From: an uncultured Verrucomicrobiae bacterium
Lineage (GTDB): Bacteria; Verrucomicrobiota; Verrucomicrobiia; Palsa-1439
Reading direction: 5' to 3'
Length of the DNA: 64,000 nucleotides
NCBI GenBank assembly: GCA_963812605.1
Contig: CAWEWF010000005.1
Location: 320,001 to 384,000 of the forward strand
Shown here: positions 63,897 through 64,000 of the stretch, piece by piece
Numbering within the stretch: position 1 is the stretch's first letter
How the letters are laid out: every line of letters begins with the position of its first letter
Made by a program: the position numbers and the translations under genes
Notes under the pieces: generated by a model
The model's database searches: none
Told to the model about the DNA's origin: nothing
The model's input: only the letters and a program-made list of their open reading frames with translations

Positions 63897-64000
63897 GGGG
63901 AAACAGAACCCATTTGAGGCCACAAGCGAGTGGAGTTGGGAACGGATTAACGCTCGACCCCGAAAAGGATTCGGGGCAGGCAATGCAACGCTGAACTGGA

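Overview
GC-rich bacterial chromosomal DNA. The gene set (Gloeobacter/Verrucomicrobia repeat protein, PEP-CTERM protein, dksA-lspA linkage, A|FTLVE pilins) suggests a Verrucomicrobia-like organism; this is inference. Most of the window is housekeeping: ileS-dksA-lspA, uvrB-nadC-birA-coaX-trpA-manC-ruvX-truA-trmL, kdsB-pyrG-kdsA, parB, tadA, ygfZ, cca. It also holds a cNMP/patatin + CoA-ligase + beta-oxidation cluster and a type IV pilus locus with five GG-N10-GC sigma54 promoter motifs and two NtrC-family activators. Many genes at 0.5-16.5 kb and 58-63 kb are frameshifted, most likely by consensus indel errors. The most unusual signal is non-coding: three co-oriented intergenic copies (about 2.1-2.4, 21.0-21.3 and 63.6-63.9 kb) of an unannotated modular element. 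Each has a TATCG-N5-CGATA palindrome, a TGGACN-17bp-(T/C)ATAGT promoter, a boxA-like motif (2 of 3 copies) and a 96-97 bp segment closed by a covarying 13-14 bp inverted repeat with GTTA at an invariant offset. Each copy is embedded in a same-strand mosaic of single copies of different palindromic repeat families and lies next to accessory genes.
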